This document shows positions 49,939 to 63,300 of a DNA stretch of 64,000 bases, piece after piece (the stretch's first letter is position 1; every line of letters starts with the position of its first letter). This DNA is from Octopus sinensis (lineage: Eukaryota). The notes under the pieces were generated by a model. The model was given only the letters and a program-made list of their open reading frames with translations. It searched no databases and was not told the origin of the DNA. The position numbers and the translations under genes are program-made. The stretch is from NCBI RefSeq assembly GCF_006345805.1, contig NC_043007.1:32116001-32180000 (forward strand), written 5' to 3'.

Positions 49939-52900
49939 GGTAATATGCTTGTGCACTTTTCCGTATGTGTATATAATTATATAGCATCCGTGTGTATATA
50001 TATATTAAATAAATGTATATATATATATATATATTACATGTACTAATTCATTGTGATGCTGAGATTAAACTCGGTTACTCCGAGTTTTGCAACCGTTGTG
50101 GATCATATAACTTATTTTCATATATTTAAGATATGTTATTTACAACAAAATAATGAGTAAGCGCTCACCAAAAGGATCTTTATAAAAAAGGAAAAATTAT
50201 TTAATATATACTGTGTATAAAAGTGGTGTGTTTATATATATAATTAAAAATAGAAATGTGTGTGACCATCGTCATCATATTTGTATCCATTTTTTCCATG
50301 CTGGTATGGGTTGAACGAGAGACTTATTGAGGCAGTACTCTTTGACCATGTGCCGTTCCGTCTTCGACACTTGTTTGTTTATGGTTTTCTGGTCCTTCAC
50401 ACTTTGATTTCGATGAAACTGTCATGGGATGCCGATGTGCCTGCGTGGCTAAGATGTTCGCTTCCCAACCACATGGTTACAAGTTCAGCCCTGCTTCGAG
50501 ATACCTTTGTGCATTTGGTGGACGGTAGCTGAGAGAAGCCCACCGTGTGAGGTCTTAGGCCAACAGGTTTTGGTGTCTGACGATACTCCATGGACCTAAA
50601 AAGCCTTTATGGACGGGGAAACCCAGGGTAATCTCAGAAACCGGCATTCTTCATTAATATATAAACTGCTCTACATCTTAGAGTGTGCTTCTCTGAATTT
50701 ATGTTTTTTTACAAACGATGTAAATATATATATGTATATATAGGGAGAGTTTACGAAAAAAAAACAAAAGACGAAGACAGGTGGTGTAGAAAACAAACAG
50801 ATGTGTTAGTATAACGCTCGGGAATTAAAAAAAGTCCTCTACGTTTCGAGCCTACGCTCTTCCACAGAAAGAAACAAGGAGAGAAATATATATATATATA
50901 TCAAGAGAGAGAGAGATGTGTGCGCGTGTCTTTTAGTTTGGGCATTGCGTCATGGTTGTAATTGAGTGTCACTTTCCAGCAGGTAGTGCCATTCTTTTTC
51001 AGTATTTTGTGTAAATATGTTTGGCCATGGGGGAATAATACCTTACTGGAGGGCTGTAAGAGAATCTGCCACAGTAAACTCTGTCCAGCCTGTGCGAGTG
51101 TGGAAAAGCGGATTGTTAAAACGATGATGAGGATGTTGACCACTTTGTAGATTACCAACAACTTTTATTCCTCACCATCGTCACAAAACGTCCACTTTTC
51201 CATGGTTGCACGGTTCGGATGGAATTTGATGAGGCAGATTTTTTTATTCTATGGCCAGATGCTCTTCCTGTCACCAACCTTCACCAGTTCTCAAGCAAGG
51301 TAATATTTCCCCATAGTTAAACATATTTTTAACAAAAGATGAGGAATGAATAACGTCAATTATGTGAGGGTGAAGCTCCCTTACAACCATTGCATAATGT
51401 CACAACAAAGGTACACCCTAACGCACACATTTACATACATACATGATAAGACCCGACAAATAATGTGAGTTCATGGCTGTTTCCTGCAACAGCTTCACAT
51501 AGAAGCCCCAGCCCATCCAAAGTGCCTTGGATTGCAGGACAGCCTGCTGTGATTACCTTGGATTGTAGGGTGACCTGCTGTGTTTGAGGAGACCTATTGA
51601 GTCAAGTACATCATCATCAAAAAAAAAAATCAAATGGAAATTGTAGTTGTGATACCTGTGCCGGTGGCACGTAAAAAGCACCACCTGTATGTGGCTGATG
51701 CCAGCGCCGCCTTGACTGGCTTCCGTGCTGGTGGCATGTAAAAAGCACCAACTGAATGTGGCCGTTTGCCAGCCTCCCCTGGCACCTGTGCCAGTGGCAC
51801 ATAAAAAGCACCCATTACACTCACAGAGTGGTTGGCGTTAGGAAGGGCATCCAGCTGTAGAAACACTGCCAGATCAGACGAGCCTGGTGCAGCCTCCTGG
51901 TTTCCCAGACCCTGGTCAAACTGTCCAACCCATGGTAGCATGGAAAACGGATGTTAAACGATGATGATGATACATACATATATGTACACACACTCATGAC
52001 AGGCTTCTTCCTTCAGTTTCTGTCAACCAAATCCACTCACAAAGTCATAATAAAATGAACCTAGTACACTCTATAAAGAGGTTGACGAGTGTTTTGAAAA
52101 CTATATTTAGTCTTGTTGAGGGCATGTCAACCTCTCTTGTGTTGGTGTCATAATGAAACACACTTAATGCAATGTTAAGTGCAGTGGAGGATTGGTTCTA
52201 GGAAGAACATCCAGCCAAAGAAATACAACAAAATAATAAAAAAAAGCAAGTAAAATGAAAGAGCAAAATGTGACCCTTTTGTCTAAAAAGAGCAGCTCCT
52301 GTGAAAAGAACCAACTCAGTCCGTGGAAGCCCCTCCAGCTCCTACCAGCATGGAAAGTAGACATGAAAGCGTGATGATGATGATGCTCATGTATATGATT
52401 ATCCAAGGATTTGTTTGTATCTAATTTGATATATATTGGTATATAGATTTCTGTCTGTTTGTATATCCGTCTAGTCTTATATTTGTCTATCTTTATATGG
52501 CACAAGCACAGGTGAAGTCAGTTTTGGCACAGTTTCTACAGCTGGATGCCCTTCTGAACACCAACCACTTTACAGTGTTGACTGGGTGCTTTGAAGTGGC
52601 ACTGCACTGACAGGGTCACCAAGTACTTGCAAGACAAAAAAAAATTAAGAGTGGGAGGGTGCATTGGAGGAGGTGATCTTGGATGATGAAAGGTTATAGT
52701 GAGACTGAGAGACACAAACAGGTGCCTTGCTGTAGAGAAGGTACAAGGTTATCCGGCCGGAGAGAGAGAGATCAGGAATGAAGATGGAAATACATGGTTA
52801 ACCGACCTGAATTAATTGGACATAATAATCTCATGCTGCACAAAATTTTGTCAGTGAACAGGTTGCAGTTTCAAAGCAACGAAAATATTTTGACAAATTA

Positions 52901-53627
52901 AATTTAAATGTTGATGTGAACCTAACAGTTTTTGTGTGTTCTTAAATGGCTTATAAACACCTTCCATGCTGCAATTGTTTTTGTTTCAGCACATGATCTC
53001 AGATCAAGTCACTTGCTATGCAAGTACATCTCCGTAATATGTGAATATAAATTGGTCTGGTACCTGGTGATTGCCTGTTTATGCTTCTGTTCAATTATAT
53101 TCTACCTTCATCAGCTTATCTAGGCATCTCCTGCATCCCTACACTTAACGGAGTTTAGGCACTGATTTGACCTGAGCACTTATTGTATTACCTTATGTCC
53201 TTTCACATCTTACTATCCACCATACACACACACACGCATTCATATATTTTAGGATATCAAGTAATGGTATCTTGTGGAATCCAAAACTAGTATGTACTTT
53301 ATATATATATATGGGTTGGGTAATGCACAGTGGTGGGGAAGAGTGAACATGGGTGATGTGAGAATCTGGTGAAAGGAAGGGAGAAATGTATGTGTATGGC
53401 AAAGGGCGGGTGGGTGTCTTCATATGTTCATTGATGTATTTATGAATGAACGTGTATCATCATCATCATTTAATGTTCGTTTTTCCATGCTGGCATGGGT
53501 TGGATAGTTTGGCAGGAATTGGCAAGCCAGAGAGTGGCACCTGACCCCAGTCATCTGTTTTTTGCATGGTTTCTGCAGCTCAATGCCCTTCCGAATGCCA
53601 ACCACTTTACAGAGTATACATACATAC

Positions 53628-53668
<41 letters not shown>

Positions 53669-55554
53669 TATATACATGTATGTATAAACTGTGTATACAT
53701 GTATGTATAATTTTTTGATATATATGTATATATACACAGTTATATATTTGTATGTGGATATATATATATATATATATATGTACATATAAATCATTTAAGC
53801 CACATGCACTTGTGTGTGTACATATACATACAGGCATATAACCAAAATCTGAATCAAAATGTTTTAATTAGGAAAATTTCCTGAAACTACAGATCGCAGT
53901 AAATAAAGTGGACAGGAAGGACCCTGGTATTATCAGGAAAATTGCTTTGCCTGATAGGCTCTAAGTTAAGGATACTCATAAAATGTAGTGGAATCACAGG
54001 GGCAAGAAACAGATGGCATTATGCTTCGTATATGTTATATGGCAGAAACGTTAGCACGCCGGGCGAAATGTGTAGCCGTATTTCGTCTGCCGTTAAGTTC
54101 TAAGTTCAAATTCTGCTGAGGTTGACTTTGCCTTTCATCCTTTCAGGTCAATAAATTAAGTACCAGTTACGCACTGGGGTCGATGTAATCCACTTAATCT
54201 GTTTGTCTGTCCTTGTTTGTCCTCTCTATGTTTAGCCCCCTGTGGGTAGTAAAGAAATAGGTATATGCACTACGAGCTCACTTGTAATGGACTTTCTTTA
54301 AATGCTTGGCAGGTTCACAAGAAATAGTTGATAGCATCTGTTACGGAACTGACATGAGCAGAGGAGGTGGTTTTTCAGAAAGTAGGATAGGTGGAGTAAG
54401 AAAGGGTTTTGGGAAAGTGCAAAGCACAATTACGTCTACTGGCAACTAAAGCCATTATTTTGTCAGAATGAAAGGTAGATTGTATGATGCTTAAGTTCGA
54501 ATTATGGTAGTCAGAGATGGGCCTTGAATGCAGAAAACTTGCAAAAGCTAAAACTGGAAAGAAATGAGGTTACTACGCTCCATTGAATATGTAATGTTAG
54601 CATGCATGGATAGTAGAGCATGAATAAAATTGGCAAATACTGTGTATAACGTGTTGTGTACAAGAGAGAGGCTGTACTGGTATGGGCATGTATGTGTGTT
54701 TTTATATATATATATATATATCTCCATATGTGTGTGTGTGTATGCATATATATTCCCCAGGGCTGTGCTTAAGGAGACCTATTGAGTCAAGTACATCAAC
54801 ATCAAAATAAAAATCAAATGGAAATTGTAGTTGTGATACCTTTGCTGGTGGCACGTAAAAAGCACCATCTGAACGTGGCCAATGCCAGCGCTGCCTTGAC
54901 TGGCTTCCGTGCCAGTGGCACGTAAAAAGCACCAACCGATCGTGGCCACTGCTAGCCTCCCCTGGCACATAAAAAGCAACCACTACACTCACGGAGTGGC
55001 TGGCGTTAGGAAGGGCATCCAGTTGTAGAAACACTGCCAAATCAGACTGGAGCCTGGTGCAGCCTCCTGGCTTCCTCCACCTCAGTCAAACCGTCCAACG
55101 CATGCTAGCATGGAAAACAGACGTTAAACGATGATGATGATGGCTTCATATAAACATGCTCAGGCAACTTAGAATAACAAACTCAAAGACCAAGTATTAA
55201 CAAATTTAATTCACAAATTTTGCTTTCAACACAATATATTTCTTAGTAGTATGTAATTATTTAACGTATATAGAGAACCCAGGTAGAAGCACAGATATAC
55301 AGACTTAGAAATGGGGTGGTGGAAGATATCCTGGGTGGTTTGTATAGATTGTATGGATGAGCCTGTAATGGCATCCCAAAGGGGAGAGTTTGATGTTCTG
55401 GGTAGATCAACTTGTTACCTGGTACACCTCTGAAGGAAGTCAAATGTTTCACTTATCTCTGAAGTAATAATTCATCCACCAAAAAAAAGTGTATCAATCC
55501 ACTTAGCAAAAGCATGGAGCACACTGAAAAAAAAAAAATCAAGGATAATTTGGG

Positions 55555-55900
55555 AGTCTACACCATTTGAAAAGGGAATTCTTCATATCTATAAGAGAAT
55601 CAGTTCTTTATGGTTCGTCTGTATGAATTCTGACAAAAAGATAGCAAGCTTCTTGGGACCTGCACACATGTGTTACATGCTGTTCTCAATAGATCATGGA
55701 AACAATGTCCAATGAAGGAAGAGCTTTATGGAAATGTCCACAACATAATATCAATCATTTGAGAGCAGAGGACAAGATTTGCTGGTGACTGCTATCGGAT
55801 CGGAGATGAATTAGTGAATGAGCTCGTTCTGTGGGTTCCAAGCCATGAGAATTCTCGTGTCAGTTGACCCAGAATGGCGTACATTGATCAACTCTCTTGT
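55555..55900 (+). mobile_element. Decayed fragment of a different RTE-like LINE family
   Basis: Remnants of ESVLLYG...EELYGN...RFAGxCYR...ELVxxLVLW...GRPxxxYIDQL type C-terminal motifs. Confidence 0.6.
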
Positions 55901-56249
55901 GATGTAGAGTTACAAATAGAAGACAGGAATGCTTGTAGAGTAAGAGTGGTTTTCGTCCAGGTAACCTGTCTGAGGTGATGGATAGCTGTTGATGATGGTG
56001 AGGCGTGAAGAGGTAATAAAGGTGGGTTTAGTGTTGCTGTTTATGGTAATTATGGTGTAGAAGTTGCTTGGGTTGAAGGTTGTGGTGAAGAGGTATAATT
56101 GGAGATAGTAACAGTGAAGGAGGCAGTGGTCACAGTTGAATGGTGATGGTTCTAGTAACAATGGTATAGCTGGGCAGGTGTGGCTTTTTAGACCACAAAC
56201 TGATATCATCATTATTGTTGTCATCATTATTTTGTTGTTGTTGTAGCAG

Positions 56250-56899
56250 TAGCAGCGAGCTGGCAGAATCATTAGCATGCAAGGCAAGATACTTCGCGGC
56301 ATTTCATCCATCCTTACATTTTGAGTTCAAATTCCACCAAGGTCGACTTTGCCTTTCATCCTTTCAGGGTTGATTAAGTACCAGTTACGCACTGGGGTCA
56401 ATGTAATTCCCCAAAATTTCAGGCCTTGTGCTTTTAGTAGAAAGGATCATTATTATTTTTATTAGGGCAGCAAGCTGACAGAATTGTTAGCACGCCGGGC
56501 AAAATGCTTAGTAGCATTTCATCCGTCCTTACATTCTGGGTTCAAATTTTGCCAAAGTCGACTTCGCCTTTCATCCTTTCGGGTTCGATAAAGTAAGTAC
56601 CAGTTATGTTCTGGGGTCGATGCAATCGACTAGACCCCCCCCCCCAAGTTTCAGGCCTTGTACCTATAGCAGAAAGGATTATTGTTGTCATTAAGGTGGC
56701 AAGCTGGTAGAATCATTAGCTCAGCAGGCAAAATGCTTAGTGGCATTTCATCTGTCTTTACATTCTGAGTTCAAATTCCACTGAGGTCAACTTAGCCTTT
56801 CTTCCTTTCAGGGTCGATAAAATAAATACCACTGGCAGTGATGTTATTGACTTAACCCATCCCATGTAATTGCTGCCCCTGTGGCAAAATTTGAAACCC

Positions 56900-56936
<37 letters not shown>

Positions 56937-57330
56937 GGTGACGAGCTGGCTAAATACATAGCTGCATTTCTTCTGGTTTTATGTTCTGAGTTCAAATCCA
57001 CCAAGGTTGACTTTGTCTTTCATCCTTTTGGGGTCAGTGAAATATATACCATTTGAGCACTCAGGTTGATGTAATCAACTTTGTCGTCCCCTCAGAATTG
57101 CTGGCCTTGTGCCTAAAATTGATGAGCTGGCAGAATTGGTAGCACATGAGAAAAATGCTTAACAACATTTCTTCTTGCTGTTTATGTTCTAAGTTCAAAT
57201 TCTGGCAAGGTCAGGTTTGCCCTTCATCCTTTCAGGATTAATAAAACAAAGCACCACTCAAGTCCTGGGGTTAAGGTAATCAACTAATCCCCTCCTTCTG
57301 AAATTGTTGGCCTTGTGCCAAAATTTAAGA
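56250..57330 (+). repeat. Head-to-tail array of about five SINE family B copies separated by ATT-rich tails
   Basis: Repeated gcaagctggcagaat...gagttcaaattcc...gcctttcatcctttc units about 190-240 bp apart. Confidence 0.75.
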
Positions 57331-58394
57331 CCAAGGGACTGAACCGGAAACCTTGTGGTTGGGAAGGAGACTTCTCACCACACAGCCACGCCTGCTCACC
57401 TACATTATATTTCCTATGGAGCATACTAAGCTTCATTCCTTTCTAATGTTTTCATGTCTTCAGCTTTCAGGGCCCTTGTCTCTCTACCATGTAGCATTGG
57501 AGTTTGTACACAAGCATCATACAATCTGCTTTTCACTCTGAGGGAGAAACCTTTTGCTACCAACAGAGGCAAAAGCTCTCTGGGTTTTCTCTAGTCTGTT
57601 CCTATTCTAGCAAATCTTTGCATTTCTTTGTTTTCGTGTTTTCACACATTCATAGTTAACAATGACAGTGTCATACAAGCTTTGTTGTTTATTTGCAACC
57701 TCATGTTGAAATGTATCTGGATTAGTAGAAAACATCACCTTGTGGGAAAACACATGAAGGTTGGCATCAGAAAGAGCATCCAGCTGTAGAAAATCTACCT
57801 CAACAAATTTCATATACAGATGTGTGTGTGTGTATTTATTATGAAAGATGAGTGAGGTCATGTTTGTGTGTGTGAGAGAGAGAGAGAGATAAAAGAAATA
57901 CTGGAGATGAAAAAAATGTAGAATTTAATGCGACACACTGTTAATGTTTCTTTACCTCACACAAACATTGCCACTTATCCAGCACTCCATATTTACATCT
58001 TTCTTGACTGAGCCCATTTTATTCCAAATAGACCTCCGGCCTGGGATTTTTTTTTTTTTTGACATATAAATATTGAAGCTTGAGTGTAAGGATATGATGA
58101 AGTAAGATATACAAGGGTTTATAATGTAAATCAGGCATAAAGGAGATATAATGACACTAAGGAGAGCATAGTATAATTAGAAAATTTAAAATATGAGATT
58201 TGTAATAGTGTGTGGTAGCACAATTGGAAGGTGTCTGTAAGGGTATGTTTGTATATATGAGTTGGAACTGCAAGCCAAAGGGAGAGTAGTGGATCAATGT
58301 TAGAGATGGAATTTCAAAAGGTGGTAAGGCAAGGTATAAAAGAGGTGATGATAATGAGCAAAACCTGGAAATTTGTAGACAAGGACAGATGTGT

Positions 58395-59330
58395 GACAAG
58401 TTCAAAAGTTCTTAAAAGCTAGAACAATATTATTCAGTAGACAACGTGAAAGTTATATAAGATGAATTTATTTGGGTAAAGGCAAGAAGGAACCAACTCC
58501 AGTTTTGAATTTAAAAGCTGTAGAAGTTATCAGATTTTTGTACTTCTTAAAGCTATTGATACGTGTAGGAATAGTTTTAATTATTGCTGAATTAATATTG
58601 TAATCAAAGCTACTTTTATTCTTTAAATCCCAGATGTACTTGGAGAGCATTGTTGTGTCTTTTCTATCATCATGTCTAAATGGTTATGTATGAATATAAA
58701 AGTATCCTCAGGACTTTAGCACACTCAACAGCTTCTTTTGAAGGTATTTACTTTTTATAGGCTAAGTGTTGCTAGTATGGTAGTTGCATATGGTAAAGAA
58801 TCTTGTGTGATTGGTATGCTAATGTTCTTATATTGATACATACTAAGTGGGTAGTGAAATGGTATGTGTAGTTGTAACTTAACATTATTTGTATTAAAAA
58901 TCTTATGAAACTTATGGCTGGTAGAAAAGTGTTTACTAATTAAATTTAGAAAGGAAGAAGCAATATTCGAACTAACATTTAAACTGAAAGGTGGGTTAAA
59001 CCATGACTCTTGGTATTGTTATCATTAGAAGTATTTTGTCTGGGTCTGTTTTTAATTTTGTTAGTGAAACTGCTTATTGGAAGATATTCTGGAAATTCAT
59101 TTTCTGATATTTCTAAGCAAATTTCTCAGAATAGTAGTGGGGTGATTAGAGTCTTTATGAATACATTTTATAAAGTGCTTGAAAATGAATCAAAAGTGAT
59201 ATCTAAAAAAAAATTTTTTATTAAAAAAGATTTTTTAATTCAGCAATAACAAAGAGTTGTTTTATGAAACCAGTATAAATTCACAATTATTTTAGAATGT
59301 AATTGAAATACGTAAGGGGTGTATTTTGGT
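58395..59330 (-). mobile_element. Decayed Penelope-like element fragment (RT C-terminus / GIY-YIG region)
   Basis: Minus strand WFNPPFSLNVSSNIASSFLNLISKHF..SHKFHKIFNTNNVKL and LSKYIWDLKNK. Confidence 0.75.
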
Positions 59331-59414
59331 TAGAAATATCATAGCAAAAGGGTTCATGAAGTACTGGCTTGGAGCTTCAATTTAAGTACTTAATTCAACT
59401 AAATCATAATTATA

Positions 59415-59452
<38 letters not shown>

Positions 59453-60383
59453 TATATGCTGGTGTTTCGTAATTGGCACGTTAAAGGCACCCACTACACT
59501 CTTGGAGTGGTTGGCGTTAGGAAGGCCATCCAGCTGTAGAAACCTTGCCAAATCAGATTGAAACGTGGTGGAGCTCCCCAGCTTTAACAGTTTTCAGTCA
59601 AACTGTTCAACCCATGCTAGCATGGAAAACAGACATTAAATGCTGATGATCATATATTCTAAGCCTACTAAATTCAATGTTTATCCTATTTTACTTTTAG
59701 GCAAGTTTCAATTCAGTCAAATAAGATAAAAATAAGTATAAGTCTGAATTCATTGCATAATTAATTAAAAAACACCACCAGATATTTTACAAACATCCAT
59801 TGATTAAAATGTTCTTCATTTATAGTAGTATGGGACATAATATTTTAATGTCTGTTAAACCAGTTTTAGTTTTTAGATGAGATGCAGGTGTTTTTTTTTT
59901 CAGTTACCCCAAACCTAAATGGTCTTCAGAAGAAAGTCATTTATTACCAAATAAATGGCTTTCAACCTCTATCTGAAAGATGCAGCGATTTGTTGCATAG
60001 ATCTTCTATTGCTGGATTTTTTATAACTGTATTTTTTCGTTCCTATGATGTGTAGCCATATTGGATTTTTAAACTCCCATTTTAACCATACTAGTCTTAC
60101 CATCTTGTAGTCAGGCCCCTTTTAAAGCTATAAACAGTGACCCTTTCACAGTCAAAACTCATATCCCTTCTTTGTCAGTAACATTGTTTTGATTAGTTCA
60201 TCATTATTGAGAAATGATTCTATTTTAAACTTTTATGGGTTATCTGTTTGTGTCTCCTAAAATTTACTTGTAAAATTATGATTTGAAGATTTATGGAAAC
60301 TAATTTTTCAATTTAAGCATGAATGCTAAATATTTTAGTAAAACTATCACCTTTAATACGTTATTTTCGTTTTCTTTATCTAG

Positions 60384-63300
60384 ACAGGGGACAGTGGTTT
60401 GCAACCCAGGAATATACAAGTCCACAGTACAGCTTACAGTACAAGAGAAATGAACAACACTGAACCAGATTCTGTGAGAAATATGTGGTCTCAAGCTCAT
60501 ATGACATCTACTGCTTCTAGTTCTTTGAATTCAGTTCCTGGCTGCCAAATTCCACCTCCTTGGCCCGAAACCTTGGTCATGAGCACAGCTGCTTCTGTAC
60601 CATCTACTAAAAACTACAACATGCCAACCCAGTCCTCAGCAAATAACTATCCTAACGTTAACCCAGTAAACTCTTATTTATTACCCAACAGTTCAAATAG
60701 TTTACCATTATCTAGTTGTGGAAACCTCAAAGGACCTACCTATTCTGATAGTATCCAAAAAGTTCCTACAAGTAATCAAGTTCCATTTTTCAGTCCAACA
60801 TCCAGCTCCAAAAAGAATAATTCTGTTAAAATTCTCTCTGCTTCTAGTACTTATAGTAAAACCGCTGCTGGTTTCCCCAGTTCAACATTAGGTCAGATAG
60901 GGTTCACTACAACTTCTGCTAGTTCTACAAGTTCAACAAACCCGCTAATGAATCCTTGTCCTAAATATTCTGCTCAGAGTCTTGGAAAACCATCTGGCCT
61001 AATAACATCAAGTAACATTAGCTCTATTGCTCCGAACTTTTCAAATTCTGGAACAGAACCCACGATTATTTCAAAAAGTTTTTCAACTCCAGTAAATTCG
61101 ATGCAGTTATCTCATAGTAATGACAGTCCGGTAGGGGTGACTTCGACGGAAAGTTATCAACAGTCCACACCAGATATTAACTCTATGAACATAACTCAGG
61201 TTTCAAATAGTTCTGTGAGTGCTGGACAAATGCCGAGCAGTTCAGTGATTCATATGGTTGCTGGTTCCAAGAAAGCTGGCCAGATGAGACCCATTTCTGT
61301 TAGTCCAAGTCATATATTATCTAGTTCTGTAAGTTCTGGACATCTGGAATCCAGTTCGTTGAACCAGGGTCATATCTCAAGTAGTTCTGTTACTTCTGGC
61401 CATTGTATTGAGGGATCGATGAATTTAGGTCATATGGTCAACCCAGTAAATCCTAATAATGCTTTGTTGACACCCAGTCATATGCAAAATAATGCTCTGA
61501 AAACAAGCCATGGCCAGATGTTACCTAGTACATTACAACAACAACAACACCAGCAACAACAACAACAACACCAGCAACAACAACAACACCAGCAACAACA
61601 ACACCAGAGTCAAATTTCTAGTGGTCAAATACACCCTGCACAAGTACAGGGTGGTTCATTGCACACAAATCAAATACCCCCTGGTCCAAAACATTCGAGT
61701 CAAATGCCTGGTGTTCACACAATGCATCCTATTCAGATGATAAATACTCCTATGAATCAAGGGCCAGGCTCTGTGCATCAGCCTCAAGTTCCTGCTGGAA
61801 TCATGCATCCCAGTCAAATGCCAGCAGGGCATATGCAGGGAAAGCCAATGGAGCATAGTCAGCGGTCAGGACATATGCATCCTGACCAAATGTCAAACAG
61901 ACCAATGCTTTCCGGTCAAATATCAGACATACCCATAAGCACTCCTCAGTCTACTGTTGGTTCTTTACAAACTGGCTTTGTAGCTAGTTATATGAATTCT
62001 AACCAAAGTTCCGTTTCTAGTAGCTCTCTTCAGCCAACACAGGCTCCTAGTAGCTCTGTATATTCTCCACAAGGATCAGTCAGTTCTAGTTACAATATAC
62101 AAGATTCTATTTACTCAATGCAAAGATCTAGCAATTCCTCCTATCCAGGACAAATGTCAGGAGGTTCTGTTCATCCTGCTCAGGTGTCAGGGGGCTCTAT
62201 ACACCCGGCACAGGTGTCAGGTGCTTCTGCACACCCTGCACAGGTGTCAGGTGCTTCTGCACACCCTGCTCAGGTGTCAGGTGCTTCCACACACCTTGCA
62301 CAGGTGCCAGGAAGTTCTGTACAACCTGTTATGGTGTCAGGTACTTCCACACACCCTGCAAAGGTATTAGGTACTCCTGTACGCCCAGCTATGATGCCAG
62401 GCAACTCCGCACACCTAGCACAGGTGTCAAGTAGCTCTGCACACCTGGCACAGGTGTCAGGCAGCTCTGCACACCCTGCACAGGTGTCAGGCAGTTCTGC
62501 ACACCCTGCACAGGTGTCAGGCGGCTCCACACTCCTTGCACAGGTGTCAGCCGGCTCCACACAACCTGTACAGGTGTCAGGTAGTTCTCCATACCCTGCA
62601 CAGGTGTCAGGCAGCTCTGCACACCCTGCACAGGTGTCAAGTGGCTCTGTACACTTTGCACAGGTGTCAGGCAGTTCTGCACACCTTGTACAAATGTTGG
62701 GTAATACTACCCAGGTGCTAGGCAATTCTGTTAACTCTACTCCAGTCGCTTGTAGCTCTGCCAGTTCTTTACAGATGTCAGATAATGTATCACAGCTTTC
62801 CCAAGTATCAGGCAGTTCTGTGCATCCATCACAACTATCAGACAACGCTGTGCATCTATCACAAATGGCTGCCAGCTCGGTGCATTTACCACAAGGATGT
62901 AGTAATTCTACTTCGTCAGCACAGATATCTGATAGCTCTCATGTAACACACCTACCCAGTGGCTCTGTGGATCCTCTGCTGGTTCCTGGTAGTTCTTCCC
63001 ACATCATGCAGAAACCAGCTAGTTCTACTCACCTTTTACAAGCCTCAAACACTTCTGCACATGTGTCATCGGTTTCACATTTGAGCACAGTTGGGCCTCA
63101 ACTGCATGGTACTTCTGGAAAGCCACTAGCTGCAAATTATACACCCACTGCACCAGTTCCAGTAAGCTCTGGTAAACAAAGCTTGAATAATCCTGTTGCT
63201 CCAGCAAGAACTGCCTCGGACCCCACTAAGTTACGGAGCCCCTATGGGAATGCTAACTTTATGAAATTGAACCAAGTGTCTAGTAGTAGTTCTGAAAGTC

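Noticed and set aside
62270-62845. 191-aa Cys-rich minus-strand ORF (CAGCAELPDT)n resembling a metallothionein or keratin-associated protein
   Set aside because: Antisense shadow of the HPAQVSGSSA repeat; the much longer + strand frame explains the sequence.
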